IMG/VR virus record: IMGVR_UViG_3300045988_135716 | Span: 32,001-96,000 of that record | DNA length: 64,000 nucleotides | Strand: one strand, 5' to 3' | Source of the DNA: a virus | Part shown: one piece after another, positions 28,314-36,345 of the stretch | Layout: each line of letters starts with the position of its first letter | Position numbering within the stretch: position 1 is the first letter of the stretch | Notes under the pieces: generated by a model | Databases searched by the model: none | What the model was told of the DNA's origin: nothing | What the model saw: the letters and a program-made list of their open reading frames with translations, nothing else | Made by a program: the position numbers and the translations under genes

Positions 28314-29363
28314 ATGTTACAGATTTTAGGCAAAACAGATAAGTTAAGAGATGAATGGACGGTTAGAAAGATTGTAAATAATTATAAAAGTGGTGTTAGC
28401 GTATTTGATAATGCGGTTCAGAGAGGACTTGTCTGGAAGAATGATAAGAAATCAAGACTTATTCGTTCTACTATTCTTAATAGACCAATTCCTCCTATTT
28501 ACGCTTCAAAACATGATGAGATTTATAATAATCTGGATGGAAAACAGAGAAGTTATACATATGTGGAGTTCCTTAATGATGAATTTTCGTTAGAAGGACT
28601 TGATCCCGTCACTGTTAAGAATACAGAAACAGGTGAAATTGAGGATGTGGAATTGAATGGTAAGTGTTTTTCAGAGTTGCCGGAGGAATTACAGAACGCT
28701 ATCACGGATGCAACTTTAACTGTCATTATAATTAACAATGTGACAGAAGATGAAGAATGTGAGATTTTTTATGACATTAATAATGGACAGCCATTAAATG
28801 CTATTACCATTGCAAGAGCAACAGCAAAATCACGTAAAGATATTACTCAGTTGGGACTGCATAAATTATTCCAGAATGCTTTAACTAAGAAAGCATTAGA
28901 GAAATATACAAATGAGGATATTGTTGTTAAGAGTTGGGCTATTTTGCATCAGGAAAATCCATCTCTGGAATCAAAGAATATTAAAAAATTAATGTCAGAA
29001 GTAGAATTAACAGGGGATGATATGATTCAACTTGAAAAATGCTTCGATAGAGTTCTGGCTACATATAACGCCATTGATGATAGAAAGATAGCAAAAAGGA
29101 TTTTAACCAGAACACATATGATTAGTATTATGCGAGTTGTATGGAAATCTATTGAATGTGGGAAATCAGAGGAAGAATTTGCAAATTGGTTTACAAAGTT
29201 TTATTGTGGTAAACAATCTCCTACAAAAGACGAAGTGTATAACAGTTTATGTAGAGCAGGAACTAATAGAACATCTGCGGTATGTAAGAGACTTGAAATT
29301 CTTGAGAATAACTATAATAAATTTTTCAACATATCATCAACAAGTGAAAAGGAGAACGATTAA
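28314..29363 (+). CDS. DUF262-family (ParB/GmrS-like NTPase fold) protein, no nuclease domain seen
   Basis: NAVQRGLVWKNDKKSRLIRSTILNRPIPPIY...LDGKQRS; no DUF1524/HNH motif in C-terminus. Confidence 0.65.
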   Translation: MLQILGKTDKLRDEWTVRKIVNNYKSGVSVFDNAVQRGLVWKNDKKSRLIRSTILNRPIPPIYASKHDEIYNNLDGKQRSYTYVEFLNDEFSLEGLDPVTVKNTETGEIEDVELNGKCFSELPEELQNAITDATLTVIIINNVTEDEECEIFYDINNGQPLNAITIARATAKSRKDITQLGLHKLFQNALTKKALEKYTNEDIVVKSWAILHQENPSLESKNIKKLMSEVELTGDDMIQLEKCFDRVLATYNAIDDRKIAKRILTRTHMISIMRVVWKSIECGKSEEEFANWFTKFYCGKQSPTKDEVYNSLCRAGTNRTSAVCKRLEILENNYNKFFNISSTSEKEND

Positions 29364-29365
29364 AT

Positions 29366-29551
29366 ATGGCGAAAGACAGAGAAACACCTTGCCTGTACTA
29401 TATCTGTATGGGTGAATGTAAGAAAGGTAGAGATGCAAACCATTGGCATTATTGCCAGAAATGTGATAAGTACAGACCAAAGTTAAGAGTGCGACATCTT
29501 AACAAGAAGAAAGAGAAATTAGAGAAGATAAGGAAGAATGAAAAATATTAG
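29366..29551 (+). CDS. small Cys/His-rich basic protein
   Basis: CLYYICMGEC...HWHYCQKC then Lys/Arg-rich tail; directly upstream of recombinase. Confidence 0.45.
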   Translation: MAKDRETPCLYYICMGECKKGRDANHWHYCQKCDKYRPKLRVRHLNKKKEKLEKIRKNEKY

Positions 29552-29563
29552 GAGGTGGGGGTT

Positions 29564-30388
29564 ATGCCAACTTTAGCAATCCAACAGCCGTGTTATATCA
29601 ATCAAAAACAGAAAGCAACGATATACAACTTCCCAAAACAGAAAACATTACGGCGTGGGAAGTCAACAGAGATGGAATGCTTGTATACTAAGGATGAAAT
29701 TTTATCTGTATACAATATGTTTAAAACAGATGTTGATAATGCAACTACTGTTAATAAAGAAAAGAACGCTATGCGAAATCTTACAATGTTCATATGTGCG
29801 ATCAATATTGGATTACGTGGTGGGGATTTTTGCAAACTCACATGGAAAGATGTATATGAAGATGGATGGAGAATTAAAAAGTCACAGAAGTTTGTTCCAG
29901 AAAAAACAGAGCGTAGAGATAGATGTGGAAATGTAATTAAAAGAAAATATGTCAAGTTAAGATATGACAGTGATTTTAAAATGGCTATTCAGAATTGGCA
30001 TAAGTGGTTAGAAGATCATAATGAAACACCTGAGTTGACTGATTATATCTTTTCTTCTAATAAAGGTGAACATATTGGAGAAATGACATGGTATAGAACT
30101 GTTGAGAGGAATAGAATAAAAGCAGGTATTAAACAGTCTATTGGTACTCATGGACTTCGTAAGACTTTTGGACATAGCTATTATTTAGCAGCACCAGATA
30201 AACAACAAGCTCTTATACAGCTTATGACTATTTTTGGACATGCTGATATGCGTATTACTCTAAGATATATTTGTATTACCGATGAAGAAATATTTAAAAA
30301 CCAGGAAAGAATGTGCATTTTCTCGAATGAAGAAGAAACACCAGAAGATTATTTATGTCCACAAGATGATCCAGATATGATAGAATAG
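29564..30388 (+). CDS. tyrosine recombinase / integrase family protein
   Basis: GLRGGDFCKLTW (Arg), THGLRKTFG (HxxR), GHADMRITLRYI (His...Tyr); GGAGGTGGGG SD before ATG 29564. Confidence 0.8.
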   Translation: MPTLAIQQPCYINQKQKATIYNFPKQKTLRRGKSTEMECLYTKDEILSVYNMFKTDVDNATTVNKEKNAMRNLTMFICAINIGLRGGDFCKLTWKDVYEDGWRIKKSQKFVPEKTERRDRCGNVIKRKYVKLRYDSDFKMAIQNWHKWLEDHNETPELTDYIFSSNKGEHIGEMTWYRTVERNRIKAGIKQSIGTHGLRKTFGHSYYLAAPDKQQALIQLMTIFGHADMRITLRYICITDEEIFKNQERMCIFSNEEETPEDYLCPQDDPDMIE

Positions 30389-30446
30389 GAGTAATAAGTG
30401 AGATTAACAGAGAAGTATATTATAGAAAGATTTTGGAGGTATATAG

Positions 30447-30603
30447 ATGATGGATAGCTTTATGAATAAAACCAGTTGAGAAAGAATTTACATATGATGA
30501 TATTGTGAATACTTATAATAGAAGTGGAGACAAGAAAGACGTTGCCAAAAGATTTTGTATAAGTGTTGGCGAAGTGACTAAGATTTTGAAGAAGAATAAA
30601 TAG
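30447..30603 (+). CDS. small HTH protein, frame-disrupted at A4 run 30468-30471
   Basis: GGAGG+ATG frame stops after 10 codons; shifted frame reads ...[43 protein letters not shown]. Confidence 0.4.
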
Positions 30604-30616
30604 AGAGGTATTAATT

Positions 30617-31153
30617 ATGAATTTAACAAATTTGAGCAAATATATGAGTCTTATTTTAAGACACAAACCCGAAGCAATTGGGATTTCTTTAGATGAACAC
30701 GGATGGGCGAGTGTAAACGATTTGATTTGTGGTATTGAAAAGAATAATCCAGGATTCAATATGGATATTTTAGAACAAATTGTGAGAACTGATAGTAAGC
30801 ATCGTTATTCTTTCAATGAAGATAAATCGCTTATTCGTGCAAATCAAGGACATTCCGTTAACGTAGATGTAGAATTAAAAGAAAAAGAACCTCCAGAATA
30901 TTTATATCATGGAACAGGAGAAAAGTATGTAAAATCTATTAATCAGGATGGTTTAATTCCTAAGAGTAGATTATATGTACATTTGTCTAAAGATATAAAA
31001 ACTGCTGAAAATGTTGGGAAAAGGCATGGAAAAGAAGTTGTATATCGTATTAATAGTGGACAAATGTATCGAGATGGATATAAATTTTATCTATCTGAGA
31101 ATGGAATTTGGTTAACGAAAGAAGTTCCTGTAAAGTATTTAGAAATAATGTAA
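30617..31153 (+). CDS. kptA: Tpt1/KptA RNA 2'-phosphotransferase
   Basis: [14 protein letters not shown]...[11 protein letters not shown]...IRANQGHSV...LYHGT...VHLS: full KptA/Tpt1 motif set. Confidence 0.85.
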   Translation: MNLTNLSKYMSLILRHKPEAIGISLDEHGWASVNDLICGIEKNNPGFNMDILEQIVRTDSKHRYSFNEDKSLIRANQGHSVNVDVELKEKEPPEYLYHGTGEKYVKSINQDGLIPKSRLYVHLSKDIKTAENVGKRHGKEVVYRINSGQMYRDGYKFYLSENGIWLTKEVPVKYLEIM

Positions 31154-31188
31154 TAATGCAAAATAAAATAATAAATGGAGTTTAGTTT

Positions 31189-31374
31189 ATGAAGCATAAA
31201 AAGAAAAGTGAAATCAAATTAGGAAGAAGTGAAGCGTTCACGGAAGATTTATATAGCAATCCAGAAGCAGGAAAATGCCCTGAATGTGGTGGTATTTTAG
31301 TTACAAATTATGGCGAAGGAATAAGTTGTACTTTTTGTGTAGATTGTGATTATAATGAATATGATTATGATTAG
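31189..31374 (+). CDS. small zinc-ribbon protein
   Basis: CPECG...x...CTFCVDC. Confidence 0.45.
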   Translation: MKHKKKSEIKLGRSEAFTEDLYSNPEAGKCPECGGILVTNYGEGISCTFCVDCDYNEYDYD

Positions 31375-31411
31375 ATGAAAGACTGAATTTATTAAAATGG
31401 AGGTATGATAT

Positions 31412-31633
31412 ATGGGACACGTTAATATTTTTAAAACAAAATCAAAAGAAGAATTAATAAAATTGTATGGTGAATTTCTTAAAGTAGAAGAAACTGGATT
31501 TTTTGATCCTGAGACAGATTTGGGTGGAATCAGAGAAATTTACAGCTGTGATTTTGGAGCAAATACGACATGGATGTTGCAAATAGAATTAACTCATGCA
31601 ATTTCTGATTTGTGGTACGAAGAAAATAAATGA
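31412..31633 (+). CDS. hypothetical protein
   Basis: ORF with GGAGG SD. Confidence 0.5.
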   Translation: MGHVNIFKTKSKEELIKLYGEFLKVEETGFFDPETDLGGIREIYSCDFGANTTWMLQIELTHAISDLWYEENK

Positions 31634-31659
31634 ATTTCGACTTTCATTTTGTGAGAAAG

Positions 31660-31857
31660 ATGGTGTTACAAATGGCAAAAGTAAAAGACACGGGGTATAG
31701 AATGATTATAGAAAATCATGGTGGAAGATGGATGTTTGTTAATGATGATATTTACAGTTTTATGGAATGTTCAGGTTGTAAAGAGCAGATTTTAATTAAA
31801 GATGTTGAAAAGTATTGTCCTAATTGCGGAGCAAAATTAGAAGGTGTGGGAGATTAA
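31660..31857 (+). CDS. small zinc-ribbon protein
   Basis: CSGC...x...CPNCG; start placed after TGAA-N-TTTCA element. Confidence 0.4.
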   Translation: MVLQMAKVKDTGYRMIIENHGGRWMFVNDDIYSFMECSGCKEQILIKDVEKYCPNCGAKLEGVGD

Positions 31858-31858
31858 T

Positions 31859-32143
31859 ATGGAAAAAATTAAAGCAAGGCGTGTAGATATAGAATCTGGA
31901 CGTATGGATCAGGATGAGTTTTTAGAGCAAGTTACATCTGCATACGTAGATGCAGAGAAACGTGGCTTCAATAGTATTGTTGTGGCAATTGATACAGATT
32001 TAGATACTACATATTATATTAATGACACACCAGATGGATTCCAGTGTGACTTATGGGATTATTATTTTGATGACTTAGAAACTATTGCTTCTCAGTTATA
32101 TGACGAAATGCATGGTAGTGTGACGGAAATTAGAATTGAGTGA
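31859..32143 (+). CDS. hypothetical acidic protein
   Basis: GGGAG SD before ATG 31859. Confidence 0.45.
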   Translation: MEKIKARRVDIESGRMDQDEFLEQVTSAYVDAEKRGFNSIVVAIDTDLDTTYYINDTPDGFQCDLWDYYFDDLETIASQLYDEMHGSVTEIRIE

Positions 32144-32180
32144 TACAATGCTGAAATCAAACTTTCATGGAGATGATGAA

Positions 32181-32474
32181 ATGCTAGAAAAATTAATTAC
32201 TGACAATAAAGAAAACTTTAAAGGTTATTATGTATTTGCAATCTGTATGTGGAAAGATAAATTATGCTTAGTGCCATGTGATGATGCAATGTCTGGGTAT
32301 TATCCTGTATATGATAAAGCAATTAATATATCCGATATGCCAATCGTGAATTTTCCAAATAAAATCAATGGACAAAATATTGATGCAATAATTTTAAAAT
32401 TATATAAAGGATCTATAGAATTTGATTTTGCAGAAGATACATGGGATGGATTTCAGCCATTAGGAGATTTATAG
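32181..32474 (+). CDS. hypothetical protein
   Basis: TGAAATCAAACTTTCA element (32152-32167), GGAG, ATG 32181. Confidence 0.45.
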   Translation: MLEKLITDNKENFKGYYVFAICMWKDKLCLVPCDDAMSGYYPVYDKAINISDMPIVNFPNKINGQNIDAIILKLYKGSIEFDFAEDTWDGFQPLGDL

Positions 32475-32512
32475 TAACTATGAAATCCAGCTTTCAAAGA
32501 AAGGATTATTTT

Positions 32513-33058
32513 ATGAAGTATACAAAGTTTAGTGATATACCACAGTTTACAAGAGATGCAAGTTATCACGTTAATATGGATATTCGTAGAGTATCTATAT
32601 GGATTGAAGAAAACATTAAAGAATATAATTTGCAACTTAATCCAGACTTCCAGAGAGGACATGTGTGGACAGAAGAACAACAGATTGCATGGTTGGAGTT
32701 CTTTCTCAAAGGTGGTAAATCTGGTAATGATGTCTATTTTAATGATCCATTTTGGATGGACTGGAACATGAATAACACAAAACCGGATATATATAAAGAT
32801 TTTGTTTGTGTAGATGGTTTACAGAGATTAACTTCCATTCAGAGATTTATAAATAATGAGATTAAAGTGTTTAATTCTTATTATAGAGAATATGAAGATC
32901 CAAGGCATCTGAATACAAATACATTAATCATTCATGTAAATAATCTGAAAACAGAGAAAGAAGTATTGCAATGGTATATTGACATGAATGCAGGTGGAAC
33001 ACCACATGCAAAAGAAGAGATTGAACGTGTCAAGGAACTTATTGATAATTTGGAATGA
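32513..33058 (+). CDS. DUF262-family (ParB/Srx-fold) protein
   Basis: PDFQRGHVWTEEQQIAWLEFFLKGG...VDGLQRLTSIQRF; TGAAATCCAGCTTTCA element (32481-32496) then SD and ATG 32513. Confidence 0.65.
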   Translation: MKYTKFSDIPQFTRDASYHVNMDIRRVSIWIEENIKEYNLQLNPDFQRGHVWTEEQQIAWLEFFLKGGKSGNDVYFNDPFWMDWNMNNTKPDIYKDFVCVDGLQRLTSIQRFINNEIKVFNSYYREYEDPRHLNTNTLIIHVNNLKTEKEVLQWYIDMNAGGTPHAKEEIERVKELIDNLE

Positions 33059-33110
33059 TTAGATGAAAAGTTGTTTTTTAAATTTTATGTTGCGTATGTA
33101 TGGGCGATGA

Positions 33111-33512
33111 TTATTTATCATCGTCCTTCTTGTTTGAGTTTAATACATCTAACATTATATTATAGAATATTTGATTTATATTTGGCGTTGCTTTGTCTAT
33201 TGCCTTTTTGAGTTCATTATTAGAGTCAGATACATAAGCGTCAGTATTATTTTTATTATTTTTCTGATTTTGTGAATGATAAACCCTAATTATATTCTTT
33301 TTCTTTTGCGGTTGCTTAGTTGAAATTAATAAATCATTTGGGGTACAATTAAATAATTCGCACATTTTTTCAAGTGTATCAAATGCGATTTTTGTAGTTT
33401 CGCCATTGTAGATTTTACAAGCTGCTTGGTATCCTATTCCAAGTGCGACAGCAAATTGATTAATGTTTTTATAATTCTCATCTACATACCTTTTAACCTC
33501 AAGTTTCATCAT
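33111..33512 (-). CDS. XRE-family (Cro/CI-type) HTH repressor
   Basis: INQFAVALGIGYQAACKIYNGETTKIAFDTLEKMCELFNCTPNDLL; only minus-strand gene in the 8-64 kb block; GGAGGG SD. Confidence 0.75.
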   Translation of the reverse strand: MMKLEVKRYVDENYKNINQFAVALGIGYQAACKIYNGETTKIAFDTLEKMCELFNCTPNDLLISTKQPQKKKNIIRVYHSQNQKNNKNNTDAYVSDSNNELKKAIDKATPNINQIFYNIMLDVLNSNKKDDDK

Positions 33513-33583
33513 AATACATCCCTCCGTATATAAATTGTATTATAGCATAGAACTTGAGATAAATAAATTGATTTTTAGATTAA

Positions 33584-33628
33584 ATCTTTAGATTATATCT
33601 TGACATCTAATCTAAAGAGTAATATAAT
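33584..33628 (+). promoter_or_regulatory. sigma-A promoter flanked by inverted-repeat operator
   Basis: TTGACA (33600-33605), 17 nt, TATAAT (33623-33628); TCTTTAGATTA / TAATCTAAAGA inverted repeat brackets the -35. Confidence 0.7.
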
Positions 33629-33665
33629 AGGCTCATAAGATAAAGAAAGGAGCTACACACACGAT

Positions 33666-34055
33666 ATGATGGAGTTTAATATATTTGATATTCTTTATGT
33701 CAAAACAAATGTTAATACATCAGCTAAATCACACGTTCAGCAGATCGAAAGACCTGTTGTTGTAATCCAGAATGATTCTGGAAATAAGTTTGCTCCTACT
33801 TTGATTGTCATGTGCTTAACCAGTAAAATCAAAAAGGTTGAGCAGCCCACTCACGAAGTAATTAAAGCTAGTAAATCTAATGGTTTAAAATGTGACTCAA
33901 TGGTTTTAGGAGAACAGATTTTTACTATTGATAAGCGTGATGTAGTTGAAAAATGGGGAAACATTGACAATGAAGAGGATAGACTTTTAGTAGAAAAATG
34001 TTTTCTTGCAAACTTATATGGTAAAAAGAAAATCAGAGTGGAGGAATTAGCATGA
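33666..34055 (+). CDS. MazF/PemK-family endoribonuclease toxin
   Basis: ...RPVVVIQNDSGNKFAPTLIVMCLTSK...PTHEVI...DSMVLGEQIFTIDKRDV. Confidence 0.75.
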   Translation: MMEFNIFDILYVKTNVNTSAKSHVQQIERPVVVIQNDSGNKFAPTLIVMCLTSKIKKVEQPTHEVIKASKSNGLKCDSMVLGEQIFTIDKRDVVEKWGNIDNEEDRLLVEKCFLANLYGKKKIRVEELA

Positions 34056-34330
34056 GTGGAAGAATTGTGTCCGTAGATGAAGCTATAAGATTGTTAACTG
34101 AGTATAAGAAAAACGGTGGAGAGAATGTGTTATTTTCCTCATTTGATTTAGATACAAGATCACCTGATTGTGAAGCAATTCCAATTAGTATTACTTGTGG
34201 AATTAAAGCAATTACAACAGGTCTTCCGATAACATATAATAGAAACTTTATAATGTCCACATTAAAAACACAAGATAAAAACAAAGAGAAGACGATATTA
34301 TTTGCTGAGAAGGGACATATGAAAATATAA
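34052..34330 (+). CDS. hypothetical protein (overlaps MazF-like stop by 4 nt)
   Basis: 92-aa ORF translationally coupled to toxin gene; no family recognised. Confidence 0.45.
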   Translation: MSGRIVSVDEAIRLLTEYKKNGGENVLFSSFDLDTRSPDCEAIPISITCGIKAITTGLPITYNRNFIMSTLKTQDKNKEKTILFAEKGHMKI

Positions 34331-34365
34331 AATCGAAAAAATACAAACAAATGTTCTGGAAAGTA

Positions 34366-34394
34366 TTGACACAAACAAATGTTTGGTATATGAT
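34366..34394 (+). promoter_or_regulatory. sigma-A-type promoter with flanking direct repeat
   Basis: TTGACA (34366-34371), 17 nt, TATGAT (34389-34394); ACAAACAAATGTT present on both sides of the -35. Confidence 0.6.
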
Positions 34395-34422
34395 ATGAAC
34401 ATCTTCACAAGATAATAAAAAA

Positions 34423-34472
34423 GTAAGGATCTTATCTCGGTGCGGGAACACCATATGAGATAAGAACCTTAC
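34423..34472 (+). other. long hairpin in 5' leader
   Basis: GTAAGGATCTTATCTC (34423-34438) pairs with GAGATAAGAACCTTAC (34457-34472), 16 bp with one mismatch. Confidence 0.7.
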
Positions 34473-34490
34473 AAACAACACATATAACAG
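34467..34490 (+). repeat. conserved element copy C (CCTTACAAACAACACATATAACAG)
   Basis: Shares CTTACAAACAACAC core with 9695 and 23761 copies. Confidence 0.6.
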
Positions 34491-34641
34491 AGATTGGTAC
34501 AACCTCTTGCTATACATTTTTAGTTTAAGTCTTTTTAGTTTAAAAGTCAAGATAAAAGTCTAGCAATTCTGCGATTGTTCCAATTAATTACAACTAAATA
34601 TAGGAAATATTACAAATGAAAGTCGGCTTTCATCGTAGTTT

Positions 34642-35592
34642 TTGTACGCATTTTTTGGAAGGGGGTCTGATTATATAAATAATTATGTAGATTGTGGTTC
34701 TTATTATATTGGGACTACTAAAACAGGATTAAAATTTTATTTTGATAAGAAATATTATAATATAGTATCTTTATATCATTGGAAAATGAATAGTGATCAT
34801 ATTCCAGTAACATGCGTTGATAATAAATATGTTTCAATTAAGAAAATATTATTTGGAAATATATCATTAAAACATATTAACGGGAATAAATCGGACATAA
34901 GAGAAGAAAATTTAATACCAACAAGAGGATTAAATCATGATGGTAAAACTTTTTTGAATGGTTATATTTCTATCTACATGCCAGAACATAAACGAGCATT
35001 TGATAATGGGTGTGTATATGAACATGTGTTAGTTGCAGAAAAAATGTTAAATAGAGAATTAAAAGAAACAGAATGCGTACATCATATAAATCATATTAGA
35101 ACAGATAATCGTCCAGAAAATTTGATGGTATTTCGTACAAACAAAGACCATATTTTGTTTCATGCAGGAAATTATGCAATTTTATTGGATGATGGCTCGT
35201 ATGTCGTTGATGATAAAAAGATAGAATATTTATATAAATATAATAATAGAACTGCGGAAGAAATTAAAAATAACGTTGAGGATAAAGGTTCAGTTACAGT
35301 AATTACATATAAAAGACAGATAGGAAAAGATTTATGTCCAGTCTGTTTAAAACATATGAAATCAATAAAAGCAAAAATGTGTAAAGAATGTTGGGACAAA
35401 GAAAAAAGTACAAATATACCTACAAAGGAAGAACTTGAAAAATATATTTATGATTTTTCATTTGAAAAAATCGGAAAAATGTATGGTGTAACAGGTAAGA
35501 ATATAACGAAATGGTGTAAAAAATATAATTTACCATATAGAAAAAAGGATATGGATAAAAATGAAAGGGGCGATGTAAATTGGATTGCTTAA
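34642..35592 (+). CDS. HNH homing endonuclease (two HNH_3-like motifs, C-terminal HTH)
   Basis: KHINGNKSDIREENL and VHHINHIRTDNRPENLMVF...H; TTG start in track, true start uncertain. Confidence 0.7.
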   Translation: MYAFFGRGSDYINNYVDCGSYYIGTTKTGLKFYFDKKYYNIVSLYHWKMNSDHIPVTCVDNKYVSIKKILFGNISLKHINGNKSDIREENLIPTRGLNHDGKTFLNGYISIYMPEHKRAFDNGCVYEHVLVAEKMLNRELKETECVHHINHIRTDNRPENLMVFRTNKDHILFHAGNYAILLDDGSYVVDDKKIEYLYKYNNRTAEEIKNNVEDKGSVTVITYKRQIGKDLCPVCLKHMKSIKAKMCKECWDKEKSTNIPTKEELEKYIYDFSFEKIGKMYGVTGKNITKWCKKYNLPYRKKDMDKNERGDVNWIA

Positions 35593-36311
35593 TTACAAAC
35601 GGCAAGCAATATATCCGTTTAGATTCAAATGGTAGTCCTCAAACATGCGGTCAGGTACTTGCAGAAAGATTTTCAGAAGATAAAGCAAAAAACATTATCA
35701 AGAATCTTCCTAAACCATTGAGAAAATTTCACTTTAATGTTCAGCTAGTCTCTGAAATCGCTGCTCAACCTAAATCAATTGAAGAAGAAAAACTACCAGA
35801 AGATATTAACGGTATCTTAGCGGAACTTGACGATTACTATGAAGATTATCAGCGAAATTCAAAGTATGATAATCCTTATACATATCATGGAGAAACTGCT
35901 TTAGAGAAAGAACTTTCTATGAATGATATAGGAATCGGCAATTTCTTTAAGATGGTAATTGATTGTGTTTCTGATAGAGAGAAATACATTGAGAATATGG
36001 AATATCTTATTAAAGAATATGATCTGAAAATTCTTGACGTAAGACATTTTATCCGAGATGAAGAAACAAAATTGGGAACAGTGCCAATGAGTAGAATCAG
36101 TTACTTATTACAATATTATGAACGTCAACGTGCTATATGCAAGAGAAATAGAAATTGTGCAAAACTTTTCCAATATCATGTAGAGAGATTTAAAAACAGG
36201 AAATACATGAAAGTGATTGATAGGATTACAAATTCTAAATATAAATACAGACGTTTATCTAAAGAATATCTCGAAGATTATGCAAAAGGTATAACGAAAG
36301 AGAGAAAATAA
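35580..36311 (+). CDS. hypothetical protein
   Basis: 243-aa ORF (TTG start). Confidence 0.45.
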   Translation: MDCLITNGKQYIRLDSNGSPQTCGQVLAERFSEDKAKNIIKNLPKPLRKFHFNVQLVSEIAAQPKSIEEEKLPEDINGILAELDDYYEDYQRNSKYDNPYTYHGETALEKELSMNDIGIGNFFKMVIDCVSDREKYIENMEYLIKEYDLKILDVRHFIRDEETKLGTVPMSRISYLLQYYERQRAICKRNRNCAKLFQYHVERFKNRKYMKVIDRITNSKYKYRRLSKEYLEDYAKGITKERK

Positions 36312-36345
36312 TTATTACATAGTTACATATCAACAGAGAGGATCG

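Noticed and set aside
23539-31384. Mini-ORFs created by the GATGAAA half of the intercistronic element, for example ATG AAA ACC AGT TTT TAA at 23540 and ATG AAA GAC TGA at 31375.
   Set aside because: They lack SD sequences and vary in length and frame between copies. They are most simply a by-product of the conserved TGAAA motif following a stop codon.
26300-33100. Treating the tyrosine recombinase block as a discrete integrated island with att-type flanking direct repeats.
   Set aside because: I found no convincing flanking direct repeats or tRNA target. The recombinase may equally be the phage's own integrase or a dimer-resolution enzyme.
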